Origin: a virus
Virus record (IMG/VR): IMGVR_UViG_3300033146_003395
Span: 1-64,000 of that record
Length of the DNA: 64,000 nt
Direction: 5' to 3' (one strand)
Part shown: piece after piece, positions 8,468 through 18,186 of the stretch
How positions within the stretch are numbered: the first letter of the stretch is position 1
Layout of the letters: every line of letters starts with the position of its first letter
Position numbers and translations under genes: made by a program
The notes under the pieces: generated by a model
What the model was told of the DNA's origin: nothing
Databases searched by the model: none
The model's input: only the letters and a program-made list of their open reading frames with translations

Positions 8468-9148
8468 TTAAACTATGATAGCTTTATAACCATTAAATTT
8501 TAGATTAGGACCTTTGGAGACATTTAATGGTTTATTATAACTAACTCTTAATTGTTCATAAGGTAAATTATTTTCTTTACAAATAGTTTTAAAATTACCA
8601 TTACAAGTAAATAATAAATTATTTTCAGCATCATAAATTTCTATAATTTTAGCTGATGGATTATTAGAGCCTGATTGTTTCAATATTTGTTCTTCGGTTT
8701 TTGGAAATTTTTTATTAAAATTAGGATGATTTTCACCTTTATTCCAGACGTTTTTATTGTCTTTCATATAGTGATTATCTCTAATCCTTTGTTTAGTTTC
8801 TTCATTAAACATAGGATTATTAATTTTCATCCTTTGAGATAAATTTAATTTATCCTTATCCGACTTATAATATGAAGCAGGATAAGTATTATAACCATTG
8901 GTTATAGAATCAAAAAGTTCCATCCAGTAATTTTCAGATTCATTTAATAAATGTTTCTGAACATTTGACACCAATATAGTAGGGATAAAATCTTCACTAC
9001 CATATTTACGTATAGCCGAATAGAATTTACTCTCTACTCCGGTTTTGGCACTATGTTTATGTTCCGACCATCTTTTACTAATAGTTCTAGTAGTCTGTCC
9101 AATATAACATTTTCCAGTAGTTTGTGATGTAAATTTATATATTATCAT
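8468..9148 (-). CDS. GIY-YIG homing endonuclease (Seg-like) with NUMOD repeats
   Basis: IIYKFT..GKCYIGQT..RW.EH, E..W..GYN, GENHPNF, GSNNP. Leaderless ATG 4 nt after TATAAATA (9153-9160). Confidence 0.85.
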   Translation of the reverse strand: MIIYKFTSQTTGKCYIGQTTRTISKRWSEHKHSAKTGVESKFYSAIRKYGSEDFIPTILVSNVQKHLLNESENYWMELFDSITNGYNTYPASYYKSDKDKLNLSQRMKINNPMFNEETKQRIRDNHYMKDNKNVWNKGENHPNFNKKFPKTEEQILKQSGSNNPSAKIIEIYDAENNLLFTCNGNFKTICKENNLPYEQLRVSYNKPLNVSKGPNLKFNGYKAIIV

Positions 9149-9223
9149 AAATTATTTATAATATTAATATTAAATTAATATTAAATTAATATTTTTATAG
9201 TATAATAAAGTATAAGGGATAGA

Positions 9224-10264
9224 ATGAATTTAAGTCAACTTTCAAAAAAATATTTTAAACTTGCTGTTGGTACTATAAAGAGAGAAGGTACTAATAGATT
9301 AACTTGCGATTGTCCTCTATGTGGAGATACAAAAGCCAGATTAAGTATTACAGCCGTACAAGATGAAGATGGTGTTTGTGGATGTTTTAATGCTGGATGC
9401 GAATTAAGTGACCAACAATTACCACTAATGAAAGCATTAGACTTATTAGCACCAAATTTAGTACCACAATATAAACGTGAAAAATTTAAAGATATTATCC
9501 AAGATTTAAAAGACAAAGATAAACCTTCTTTAAATGATATTCTTAGTGGTGTTAAGAAAAAATCAGAGCCTATTCCAGAACCAGAAGAACCTGTTACTGT
9601 AACGCCCGTTACTGTACCCAAAGTAAAGAAAGAATTAATAGTTCCTGAAATTTTCAAGGAAACTTTAGTAACTTTTAATGAGTCACCAGAAGCAGTCGCT
9701 TATATGAAATCTCGTGGTATAGAGCCAGAAGAAGATTGGCTATTCTCTTATAATAAATTTGTTAATTTTTTCGAGAAACCATATTTTGTAGAGAACTATT
9801 TCTTTATTCCATTATGGCAGAATAATAAACTTAGTGGGTTTTATACTCGTAGTATTACAGAAAAAAGATTCAGTACAATTATTTTTCCTAAGAGAGAAAA
9901 ATATTATGCAGTGAAAGACTTAGATTATGACAAGCCTTGCTATATTTTTGAAGGAATTATTGATGGAATTAGTTCTGGTCTTCAGAATTTTGCGGCAATG
10001 TTGTCGGCGGATTTACCTGATGAGTTCTTAGAAGAATTGAAAGAGCCTATCTTCTGTTTCGATAATGATGAGACAGGCGTTCATAAAGCCTTAAAATATA
10101 ATAAAATGGGCCACAAAACATTTGTATGGCCTGATGTTCCATTTAAAGATATGAATGAAATCTTACAAAAAGGAGGCAAGAAGGAAGAGAATAAGTTGAT
10201 GATTACTGAGAATATTTTCAGTGGGATTCCTGGGCAGATTAGATTAAATTTAAGCAAGGCTTAG
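9224..10264 (+). CDS. DNA primase gp61
   Basis: CPLCGD...CFNAGC zinc finger. TOPRIM FEGIID and FDNDETG. KDMNE. Confidence 0.9.
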   Translation: MNLSQLSKKYFKLAVGTIKREGTNRLTCDCPLCGDTKARLSITAVQDEDGVCGCFNAGCELSDQQLPLMKALDLLAPNLVPQYKREKFKDIIQDLKDKDKPSLNDILSGVKKKSEPIPEPEEPVTVTPVTVPKVKKELIVPEIFKETLVTFNESPEAVAYMKSRGIEPEEDWLFSYNKFVNFFEKPYFVENYFFIPLWQNNKLSGFYTRSITEKRFSTIIFPKREKYYAVKDLDYDKPCYIFEGIIDGISSGLQNFAAMLSADLPDEFLEELKEPIFCFDNDETGVHKALKYNKMGHKTFVWPDVPFKDMNEILQKGGKKEENKLMITENIFSGIPGQIRLNLSKA

Positions 10265-10331
10265 GCAAGGCTTAAGACAGATTTAATAATAAGATGTTAT
10301 AATAGAATATAAAATAAATGAAGGAAAACAA

Positions 10332-10793
10332 ATGTTTTTAGAAAGTGGCGATAAAGTAGTTAACACGGATAGTGTTACAAATATAGTGATAGAAGGTAAC
10401 AAGGTAATTTTTAACCTTGATTATGGTGTGAGTTTACAGGAGAATATTGATAAAATAATCCCTGATTATGTTTATATGATTATCAAAAATGATGAAGAGT
10501 TAGCTGATATGAAAGCTCAAATTGATACACTAGGGTGGTTAACATCAACGTTTGGAAACTATGATAGAAATAACAATTACAGAGCGAACAACAGAATTGT
10601 TAATCCATCTGCAATTAGTTTCATTAAATATGAAGGTAGAAAAAATAGAATTATCTTTAACCTAAGAAATTCGATTTCATTCAACCGCGAAGTATATAAA
10701 AAGACTTCAGATTTTGTATATTTTGATCATGTAGAAACATCAGATTTTGAAAATGAATGTACAAGAATTTCAGCAATACTAGGAGCTAAATAA
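10332..10793 (+). CDS. hypothetical protein with internal two-fold repeat
   Basis: VVN..VIFNL..PDYVY versus IVN..IIFNL..SDFVY. Confidence 0.65.
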   Translation: MFLESGDKVVNTDSVTNIVIEGNKVIFNLDYGVSLQENIDKIIPDYVYMIIKNDEELADMKAQIDTLGWLTSTFGNYDRNNNYRANNRIVNPSAISFIKYEGRKNRIIFNLRNSISFNREVYKKTSDFVYFDHVETSDFENECTRISAILGAK

Positions 10794-11266
10794 TGGAAGA
10801 TTTAGATTTAGATAATTTACTAGAAGAAATTGGTGAGACTCAAGAAGTTACATTAGATTCTCCAGCAAAAGTTGAACTTGAACTTGAACCTGAACCTGAA
10901 CCTGAAGTTGAAGATTCTGGTGTAATGGCAGCAAGTCCTAGAATGTTACAAGCTATTGGCGAACCTGACCCAGATGAAGTACAATACTCTGATGAATTCG
11001 TGGATATTATGCATGAGACTAAAGAGTACATGGAAAAAGCATTTGAGATTGAAGCAGAAATTAGAGCTTATAAATCACAATTACAAGACCTTAAAAGTGA
11101 AGCAAAAGAAATTGGTGTACCAGTTACAGCAGTGAATAAAGCTATCAAAGAAATTGTAAAAGAGATTAAAGAGACTTCTGATGAAGCACATAATATTGAA
11201 CAAATGAAAAGATTCATTACAGAAGATGAAAATCTTTATTCGGAAGTTTCTGCACAAGCACTATAG
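10793..11266 (+). CDS. dsDNA-binding protein (T4 DsbA/GapR-like) with acidic N-terminus
   Basis: IEAEIRAYKSQLQDLKSEAKEIGVPVTAVNKAIKE. Confidence 0.55.
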   Translation: MEDLDLDNLLEEIGETQEVTLDSPAKVELELEPEPEPEVEDSGVMAASPRMLQAIGEPDPDEVQYSDEFVDIMHETKEYMEKAFEIEAEIRAYKSQLQDLKSEAKEIGVPVTAVNKAIKEIVKEIKETSDEAHNIEQMKRFITEDENLYSEVSAQAL

Positions 11267-11275
11267 GGAGAAGAT

Positions 11276-11695
11276 ATGAAGGATTTAGTAATTGATGAGA
11301 GTTTAATCTTATCTGAAGGAACTATAGATGGTAAAAGAGTTATATCATTTAATAATATAGCCAAGCAGTGTAAACAATGTTCGGCTATTAAAAATAAAAG
11401 AGCATTTTATAAACATTATCAATTTCCAGATGGATTACATGCTATCTGCGGAACTTGTTTAAAAGAAAATACTTTAGAGAAAAAACTCGAGAAACTTCGT
11501 AAAGAAGTATTACAAACTATTGATAAAATTAGACCTGGTGTCAATGAGACACTATCTAAGATTAGAAAAGTTGCAGAACATTATAATAATATTGATGTTC
11601 TAATTAAGCTTAAAAAAGAAGTAGAGTCAATCTACTTCAAACAAACAGTTAATGATGAGATGTTAGATAACATCATTGATAAAGGAAATATATGA
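11276..11695 (+). CDS. zinc-finger hypothetical protein
   Basis: KQCKQC..FY..DGLHAICGTC. Confidence 0.6.
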   Translation: MKDLVIDESLILSEGTIDGKRVISFNNIAKQCKQCSAIKNKRAFYKHYQFPDGLHAICGTCLKENTLEKKLEKLRKEVLQTIDKIRPGVNETLSKIRKVAEHYNNIDVLIKLKKEVESIYFKQTVNDEMLDNIIDKGNI

Positions 11696-12480
11696 AATAC
11701 GCTCCATATTCAGCATCGCGTTTAGGGTGCTTTAAACAATGTCCAAGAAAGTTTAAGTACCAGTACATAGACAAACTACCGTACGAATTTAAACCATCTA
11801 TTGCTTTAACAAAAGGGAATATTGTTCATAGCTTCTTAGAAAATCATGAACTAGATTTACCTGGTAAAATTGCAGCACTTAAAAAAGAAAAACAGGTTAT
11901 GAATTCACCGTTCTACACTAAAGAATTAGTTAAAGAATGTTTAGGGATTTATAATACTTATATTCAGTCTAAGTTAGGCCAAGATAATTTTAACAATTTA
12001 ACACTCGGAAATGAGATGCAAATTGCGTTAGATAAGAAACTTCAACCGTGTGGATACTTATCAGAAGATGTATTATTCAGAGGTTATATTGACCGCATTT
12101 CTGTAGACCAGAAAACTGATATTGTAACTATCTTAGATTACAAAACAGGTAAACTAAAAAATGAAGGTCCTTACAAACAACCATTTGACCAGCCATTATA
12201 TTATGCCTCTTGGTACTTTGAAAAATTTCCAGTTGATACTATTATTCTACAGTTCGATTTTGTAGAACATAATCATGAGCCAATGCAAAAAGTTTTAACA
12301 AGAGAGAACTTAATAAAATATAAAAAATTCTTGTTGACTAATATTATGACCGCTGAAAAATGTACTGATTTCGTAAAAAATGAAGGTCCACTTTGCGATT
12401 ATTGTGACTTCCAAGAAATCTGCATGAAAGATAACGATGTGCATACAATAGATATTTCCGAAGATGACATTCCTTTCTGA
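11692..12480 (+). CDS. PD-(D/E)XK exonuclease, RecB/AddB/Cas4-like with Fe-S cysteines
   Basis: SASRL..F.QCP, RGYIDRI, LDYKTGK, Q..YY, CDYCDFQEIC. Confidence 0.85.
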   Translation: MKYAPYSASRLGCFKQCPRKFKYQYIDKLPYEFKPSIALTKGNIVHSFLENHELDLPGKIAALKKEKQVMNSPFYTKELVKECLGIYNTYIQSKLGQDNFNNLTLGNEMQIALDKKLQPCGYLSEDVLFRGYIDRISVDQKTDIVTILDYKTGKLKNEGPYKQPFDQPLYYASWYFEKFPVDTIILQFDFVEHNHEPMQKVLTRENLIKYKKFLLTNIMTAEKCTDFVKNEGPLCDYCDFQEICMKDNDVHTIDISEDDIPF

Positions 12481-12585
12481 TTATTAAACTAATCTTAAGG
12501 AATTAAACTAACTCCAATAGCTTATCACGGATTAATGTTAAATATGTTATAATATAATATAGAGACTATTTAAGAAGGATAAGTC

Positions 12586-12858
12586 ATGAAAACTGAAACT
12601 ACAACAATCTCCCTAGAGATTAACAGAGAAGCAATTAAAGAATTAACATTCGATTTTAGTGAATTACCAGAGTCATTAGATATTATATTTAATGAGTATA
12701 ATAAAATTATCGTAACAAATGTACCTAACGAAGTTGAGTATGAACTGTCAAAATTAATTTTTAACAGAGCTCATATCGAAGAATTGTTAGAAGATAATAT
12801 TGCTCTTGTAATCCAGGTAACAAATCATATCCCATATCATGTACCGAAAGGTCTATAA
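12586..12858 (+). CDS. hypothetical early protein
   Basis: After TGTTATAAT promoter, AAGGA RBS. Confidence 0.6.
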   Translation: MKTETTTISLEINREAIKELTFDFSELPESLDIIFNEYNKIIVTNVPNEVEYELSKLIFNRAHIEELLEDNIALVIQVTNHIPYHVPKGL

Positions 12859-13133
12859 TGAAAGATTTACAAGGTACTGCGATTTTACTTAATGAACATA
12901 AAAAAATAACTGCAACTATTAACAAAGATTTACTTGGTGAAGCTTCTATACATGTTGAATTTATTAATTTAAAAGACCGCAATGAACATACAGAAATATT
13001 AGATTATGTTTTAGATAACTTCCCGGAAATTTTTATTAGTCATGCTTACAATGGATTTTCGGGCAATTCATTTGAATATAAAACTAGATGCGCTTGTAAA
13101 TTAGACGAGACGACATCAGATAAAGTTTCTTAG
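12858..13133 (+). CDS. hypothetical protein
   Basis: TAATG-coupled ORF. Confidence 0.6.
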   Translation: MKDLQGTAILLNEHKKITATINKDLLGEASIHVEFINLKDRNEHTEILDYVLDNFPEIFISHAYNGFSGNSFEYKTRCACKLDETTSDKVS

Positions 13134-13642
13134 TGAAATGGCTTTATAAAAAATTAGCTAATGGTATTGTAGATTTAATTGACTCAAGTATTGAAGCTAA
13201 AGTTAATCATATCATCAAGCACCGTTTTGCTATCCTCACTAAAGAAGAAAAAATCGCTTTTACCCACTCATTAAATAGTGATAGTAAAGCATTCTTTAAA
13301 TTCATTGATGAAATAAATGTTACTGAATTAGAACCTAAATTTGCATTTCGTTCAAATATTGATACTTATGAATATAGCGATGTAAAACTGGAAGGTAATT
13401 CAGCATTTAAAGATTTACAAAATGTATGTAATAATTTCAGAGATGACTTAGAATTTGATGAAGCCGGTATTAAATATTGTGTAAGTTTAGATATTGCTGT
13501 ACGTGGTGAATATTTAGGTAAAAGAGTTTATAAGTCATTTGATATTATTAAAAATGGTAAATATTCAATCCAAAATATGGACAAATATACTAAAAAATTC
13601 GCATTTCAGATGGATGAAATATGCCCAGAACGATTAATATAA
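13133..13642 (+). CDS. hypothetical protein, C-terminal PERLI tag
   Basis: Coupled GTG start. Tag at C-terminus. Confidence 0.6.
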   Translation: MKWLYKKLANGIVDLIDSSIEAKVNHIIKHRFAILTKEEKIAFTHSLNSDSKAFFKFIDEINVTELEPKFAFRSNIDTYEYSDVKLEGNSAFKDLQNVCNNFRDDLEFDEAGIKYCVSLDIAVRGEYLGKRVYKSFDIIKNGKYSIQNMDKYTKKFAFQMDEICPERLI

Positions 13643-13660
13643 ATAAAGAAAAGGATTATC

Positions 13661-13864
13661 ATGGAATTTAAGCAAGTATTTATCTCTGAAGGTTTAACTT
13701 ATCTATTTAAAAAAGGTAACTATTACTTTACTACTAATTCATCAAAAGCATCAGAATTTATTAAAGATGGCGGAGAAGAAATTGGTAGAAAAGAATGGAA
13801 TGAAGCTAAATCAGATTATAAAGCAATGCACGGAAATGTAAAAGATTTCTCAACTGAGTTATAA
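13661..13864 (+). CDS. late small protein, candidate internal head protein
   Basis: TATAAATA 13638-13645. N-terminus MEFKQVFISEG resembles a capsid-targeting/prohead-protease cleavage leader. Confidence 0.5.
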   Translation: MEFKQVFISEGLTYLFKKGNYYFTTNSSKASEFIKDGGEEIGRKEWNEAKSDYKAMHGNVKDFSTEL

Positions 13865-13865
13865 T

Positions 13866-14105
13866 ATGTTTAAAGAATTTTTCAAACCAAAGAAAATTAC
13901 AGAAGATGTAATAGAAAAAGTTACTGTTACTGAAGCTGAGGATAATATTCAGAAGATACGTGATGCTGGACTTAAAATTAAAACAGTAATTCCAACTCGT
14001 TTCGGAAATGAAGTTGTATTTTTTAAAGAACGTGATGCTGAAGAAGCACAAAAATTAATTAAAGATTCACAAATTGATGGCAAGTCAATTTTTATAGGAA
14101 AATAA
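13866..14105 (+). CDS. late small protein, candidate head protein
   Basis: Late operon. MFKEFF..ITE, VTEA. Confidence 0.5.
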   Translation: MFKEFFKPKKITEDVIEKVTVTEAEDNIQKIRDAGLKIKTVIPTRFGNEVVFFKERDAEEAQKLIKDSQIDGKSIFIGK

Positions 14106-14106
14106 T

Positions 14107-14340
14107 ATGGTTTTCAAAAATGAATTTATAAAAGGAAGTAATTATTTCGATTACTTAACTAGAGATTATATGGCAATTGCTAAGGTTAAAAAATCTGGTC
14201 AAGGCCATTTGACTCTTACTTTTAAGGGTGACAAGGGTGCTAAAAATGCTTATGCTCAAATTAGTAAAGAAATTGAACATGATGAATATACAGTAACAAT
14301 AAATAATAATATAGTAGAAATTTTAAAAGGGAAAATATAA
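14107..14340 (+). CDS. late small protein
   Basis: Late operon, AGGA RBS. Confidence 0.5.
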   Translation: MVFKNEFIKGSNYFDYLTRDYMAIAKVKKSGQGHLTLTFKGDKGAKNAYAQISKEIEHDEYTVTINNNIVEILKGKI

Positions 14341-14741
14341 TGTACGGTAAATTATTCGAAAGTGAACTAACAAGAGCACTTAAAAAATCAGAACAAAAGA
14401 AAAAAGTAGATGATGTAGATAGAAAAGAAGGGGATGAAGAGAAAATTGATAAAGACCTTAAAGCTAAAGAATTAGCTAAAACAGCTGAGCCTAATTCTCC
14501 TAAGAAAACAGCTCCTACAGAAATAGAACTTATGGCTATGGAACTTGGTGCTGATGCTGAACTTGCAAATGCTGAAAATGATACCGGTGAAAAAACCACT
14601 AAAGATCAACCTGCAGAAGGTCAACCTAAAGATGCTGGCGAAGAAGAATGTGAAGACGACGATGAGGAATGCGAAAAAAAGAAAAAAGATGCTGCAACTA
14701 ATGAAGCATATAAAAATATCTTCAGAAGTGCACTAAAATAA
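14340..14741 (+). CDS. highly charged late protein, candidate prohead core protein
   Basis: MYGKLFESE leader, K/E/D-rich. Confidence 0.5.
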   Translation: MYGKLFESELTRALKKSEQKKKVDDVDRKEGDEEKIDKDLKAKELAKTAEPNSPKKTAPTEIELMAMELGADAELANAENDTGEKTTKDQPAEGQPKDAGEEECEDDDEECEKKKKDAATNEAYKNIFRSALK

Positions 14742-14756
14742 ATTATTAGAGTTAGG

Positions 14757-15224
14757 TTATTTAATACCTAGCTCTTTAGCTCCCATAACTCTCCAAATTA
14801 AGCCGTGTTCTGTACAGAATTTTTCGGCCATTTCCCACTTAGCTAAATTAATAGGGTCATTCCATTGACTTTGTGGTTTAATTTCAATTAACCATTTAGT
14901 ATCATCAGTAAATTTTATTAAAAAATCTGGGAAATATCTGTGTGGTTGTCCATCTGTAGGCTTTATATATTGTATTGCAAATGGCTCACATGTCCAATAT
15001 TCTACCTTAGGATTCTGGTCACACCACTTCATTAATTTAAGTTCCCAACCTGAACGATATTCTGGAATAGGTCCCTTATTCATATAATCATTTTGAGGTA
15101 GTTTATATTTATCCTCATTAATAGGTTGATAGTAACCTCTCCTGAATTTAGACCTTCCACCATTTTCATTTGTATCTTTTCTCTTACGTTTCTGAGAAAA
15201 TCTTTTAGCTCTTGAAACCGACAT
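14757..15224 (-). CDS. head completion nuclease gp4
   Basis: YRSGWELKLMKWCDQNP..W..E..I.Y..HRYFPDF..IEIKP. Confidence 0.88.
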   Translation of the reverse strand: MSVSRAKRFSQKRKRKDTNENGGRSKFRRGYYQPINEDKYKLPQNDYMNKGPIPEYRSGWELKLMKWCDQNPKVEYWTCEPFAIQYIKPTDGQPHRYFPDFLIKFTDDTKWLIEIKPQSQWNDPINLAKWEMAEKFCTEHGLIWRVMGAKELGIK

Positions 15225-15724
15225 TATTCACTCCAATCAGAAAAATCTAAGCTAGCTGCTCTTAAAAATATCTCCGATGGCATTTGAACTACTTTAGGTG
15301 ATACACGACGTATTGCGTATCTTCTGAAAATGGGCGATTTCTCAAATTTCTTAATTAATGGTTTAACATCTTTATAATCAAGCTTGCCGCCTTTTTTCTC
15401 AAGCATTTCAGTAATTAATGAGGCTAATAATACTCTTTGATTTTCTGGCATCCAGTGAATGTTGAGCCCCACAAAGTGACGAGTATTGTCTTGAGCAAGA
15501 CCAAGTGAAATTACTAATGGTTTTTTATCAAATCTTTTATTCTTATCTATAGCATTATACTCAAATGTTATCATACTTCCAGGTAAGAAGTTCTTAGCTT
15601 GCTTCTTACCTGTATATTTCCTGCGGAACGTTTTCACTATTTCTCTCTTGGTAGATTTAATTGTTTTTTTAGTGTCTTTTATAAAATTTTTCGCTCGTTT
15701 AATTGCTTTATCTAAGATACCCAT
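15224..15724 (-). CDS. DNA end protector gp2
   Basis: PG.M..F.Y.A..FD..PLV..F.GLNIHW.P. Adjacent to gp4. Confidence 0.8.
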   Translation of the reverse strand: MGILDKAIKRAKNFIKDTKKTIKSTKREIVKTFRRKYTGKKQAKNFLPGSMITFEYNAIDKNKRFDKKPLVISLGLAQDNTRHFVGLNIHWMPENQRVLLASLITEMLEKKGGKLDYKDVKPLIKKFEKSPIFRRYAIRRVSPKVVQMPSEIFLRAASLDFSDWSE

Positions 15725-15886
15725 TATTTTCCTTTATAATTAATAACCAAATTATGATTACTTATTGTTTTATATACTTTGATGAACTTAAATTAAATTT
15801 TTTAATTCTGTATTTTCTAATAGATATTTATTAATTAATCTATTATAAATTTTATTAAAAATTTTATTATAATTCATTTATATCTC

Positions 15887-16567
15887 CTAAAATTTAAGTG
15901 GACTAATCGGTGATGGCTGTTTTAATTTCCCATTTCTAAAATGTGGTGTTCTAGCCCATTTTACTATTTTGTCTTTATTTCTTAAGACTTCATAATTAAT
16001 TGTCATTTCTAATTGACCTAGTTTATGCTTTCCCATTTCGAGTTCAACCATATTTGGACTTAAAACATTTTTTATTTTTTTATCGAAGCATATTGCAAGT
16101 CTTTTAGCACCTTTTAAATATTTACCTATGGGATATATAATACCATAACTTTTAGATAACTCAAAAAGTTGCTCTCTATTTAAATAATTAAATACAATAG
16201 TATCATCAGCTTTTAATGCTTTATTAAATACATCATTATTAATATAATTTTTAATATCTGACGTTTTATCACCCCTTCTATGCAATAAAACTTCATCATT
16301 ACCTATTAATGGTTTTACTTTAGAAACCATTTTAATCCACTCAGTTCTATTAGATTTTTCATAATTCATCATTATGGGTTTATTACCATCTAAATCTAAA
16401 TAAAAATGATAGGGATTAAGCGTAGAAATCCACTCTTGATACTCAATACCATTATTTTCTAAAGCATGTAATGCTTCATTATATTGACTGATAGAGTAAA
16501 ATGGGTCGATAGTTATAAGGTCAGAGACCTTAAGCATATCTTCATTTAATATATCATTCTGTTCCAT
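15887..16567 (-). CDS. hypothetical protein
   Basis: 226 aa ORF with AAGGA RBS. Confidence 0.65.
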   Translation of the reverse strand: MEQNDILNEDMLKVSDLITIDPFYSISQYNEALHALENNGIEYQEWISTLNPYHFYLDLDGNKPIMMNYEKSNRTEWIKMVSKVKPLIGNDEVLLHRRGDKTSDIKNYINNDVFNKALKADDTIVFNYLNREQLFELSKSYGIIYPIGKYLKGAKRLAICFDKKIKNVLSPNMVELEMGKHKLGQLEMTINYEVLRNKDKIVKWARTPHFRNGKLKQPSPISPLKF

Positions 16568-16615
16568 ACTTTTCCTTTTATATACTATTTATAATATTTT
16601 AGTATTTGAAACAAA

Positions 16616-16670
16616 GTTAAGCTCCGTTTAATGAAACTTATGGTATAATATAGTATATTAAAGAAAAGGA
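16616..16670 (+). promoter_or_regulatory. early promoter repeat
   Basis: TTAAGCTCCGTTTAATGAAACTTATGGTATAATATAGTATA. Confidence 0.8.
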
Positions 16671-16836
16671 CTAAAATGGATTTAGTACAAAAAGTAACAG
16701 ATATAGAGGCACAAAACCTTAGTTTAATAGAATTGGCAAATCGTTTATATAATTGTCAAGCAGAAACTGGTGTTGAAGATAAAGAAGATACTCAAGCATA
16801 TAAACTTGTAATGCTTAGAAAGTTAGATGAGATATA

Positions 16837-17112
16837 ATGCCAGATTCATTTAAAATGAAATGGGACATTAATTGGCTTTATTTCCTTGTAGTTGCTGTTG
16901 CTGTCAGTCAAGGTGTTCGTAATTATCAACTTCAAAGTGATATAGATAGACTTGAAACTATCGTTATTCATCTTAATAAAAAAGCAGAATTTCAAATGGG
17001 TGTAGCAACGGCACAAAATTATGTAAATGTTATATTAGTTAATGAAGTATTTGATAAAAATATTACAGTTCCTGATGTTAATGTTACTACTGTATTTAAA
17101 GAATATCATTAA
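16837..17112 (+). CDS. hypothetical protein with N-terminal hydrophobic segment
   Basis: WLYFLVVAVAV. Confidence 0.55.
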   Translation: MPDSFKMKWDINWLYFLVVAVAVSQGVRNYQLQSDIDRLETIVIHLNKKAEFQMGVATAQNYVNVILVNEVFDKNITVPDVNVTTVFKEYH

Positions 17113-17130
17113 TTATAATGGAATAGATAA

Positions 17131-17397
17131 ATGAATAAATTAAATCAATGGGAAAAGGAAATTATAGAAATGCAAAAAGTTAGATATAAATCTGATAGAA
17201 AAATATTTTTATATTATGAAAACCTAATTGATAAGTATAAAGATGCTTATAAAAAAATGATTGATTATAAGAAATATTTTGAACGAGGTATGAAAGATTT
17301 TACCAAAGAAGGGCTAGAAAAATACCTTAATAAAATCGAGGTATACAGAAAAGCCATGAAAAGAGTCAGAGAAAAATATCCGGAGTACGCAGTATGA
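17131..17397 (+). CDS. small protein, PEYAV tag
   Basis: Ends EKYPEYAV. Confidence 0.7.
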   Translation: MNKLNQWEKEIIEMQKVRYKSDRKIFLYYENLIDKYKDAYKKMIDYKKYFERGMKDFTKEGLEKYLNKIEVYRKAMKRVREKYPEYAV

Positions 17398-17624
17398 GAA
17401 AAAGATATAAAGCAGGTGATGGTATTGAAAAATATTTGGTTGGTCGTACTTATAAACAAATGAGAATTGTAGATTATAATAAAGATAAAAAATATTTTAT
17501 TTGTCAATATGATAATCTTCCGACTCAACATGTAGAAGCCAAATGGGTATTAAGAAGTATTGAAAGTACTAACCCTGTACAAATGTTAAAACTCAAAGAA
17601 AAATTCCCGGAGTATTTTGTATGA
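17394..17624 (+). CDS. small protein, PEYFV tag
   Basis: Ends EKFPEYFV. ATGA-coupled. Confidence 0.7.
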   Translation: MRKRYKAGDGIEKYLVGRTYKQMRIVDYNKDKKYFICQYDNLPTQHVEAKWVLRSIESTNPVQMLKLKEKFPEYFV

Positions 17625-17806
17625 ATGACCTAAAAACTAAAAAGAAAAAGTTAAAAGATTTATTGAGCCGTATTGATATATTAGAATCAGCTATTAAACT
17701 CTATAAAGATAAAGGAATACCTTATGACAAAGAGGTTAAAGACCTTAGTAGCTGTCTCGAAATATTAGAAAATAATAAACAGAATTGTCCAGAGTTTTTT
17801 GTATAA
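17621..17806 (+). CDS. small protein, PEFFV tag
   Basis: Ends QNCPEFFV. ATGA-coupled. Confidence 0.7.
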   Translation: MNDLKTKKKKLKDLLSRIDILESAIKLYKDKGIPYDKEVKDLSSCLEILENNKQNCPEFFV

Positions 17807-17825
17807 TATTTAATAAAGGATAATA

Positions 17826-18107
17826 ATGAGCAAAAAAAGTAATATACGATTTATCATTAAAATTGCTAAATATAATACAAATAATTGGCAAATTAATAAA
17901 GTTATGACAAAATATTATATACGTAAAAGATATGTTGATAAGTATTTTAGAGAAAACTGTTCATGTAAAATAAAATTAGTTGAGTTTTCTACAGGTATAG
18001 AAGACCGCGATTTTAATAATTTAATTGAGATTGCTTTTGATGAATATAATAAAGGGTCAGATTTAAGTAAGTATATCGAGGAAAATTATCCTGAGTGGTT
18101 AATTTAA
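17826..18107 (+). CDS. small protein, PEWLI tag
   Basis: Ends ENYPEWLI. Confidence 0.7.
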   Translation: MSKKSNIRFIIKIAKYNTNNWQINKVMTKYYIRKRYVDKYFRENCSCKIKLVEFSTGIEDRDFNNLIEIAFDEYNKGSDLSKYIEENYPEWLI

Positions 18108-18126
18108 CCACCCAGGAAAAAGGCAT

Positions 18127-18158
18127 AAAAAAAGCCCTTCTAATAAAAGAAGAGCTTA
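18127..18158 (-). terminator. intrinsic terminator after major capsid gene
   Basis: Minus strand AAGCTCTTCT-loop-AGAAGGGCTT followed by a T-run. Lies between convergent genes. Confidence 0.8.
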
Positions 18159-18186
18159 AGATTTAAGTTAAAACTTAATCCGAAGA

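Noticed and set aside
10873-10905. GAACTT/GAACCT hexamer repeat
   Set aside because: Simply encodes the low-complexity ELELEPEPEPE linker.
15730-15886. Possible relic of an HNH gene (MNYNKI... after GGAG on minus strand)
   Set aside because: Only 13 codons before a stop and extremely AT-rich; too degraded to support.
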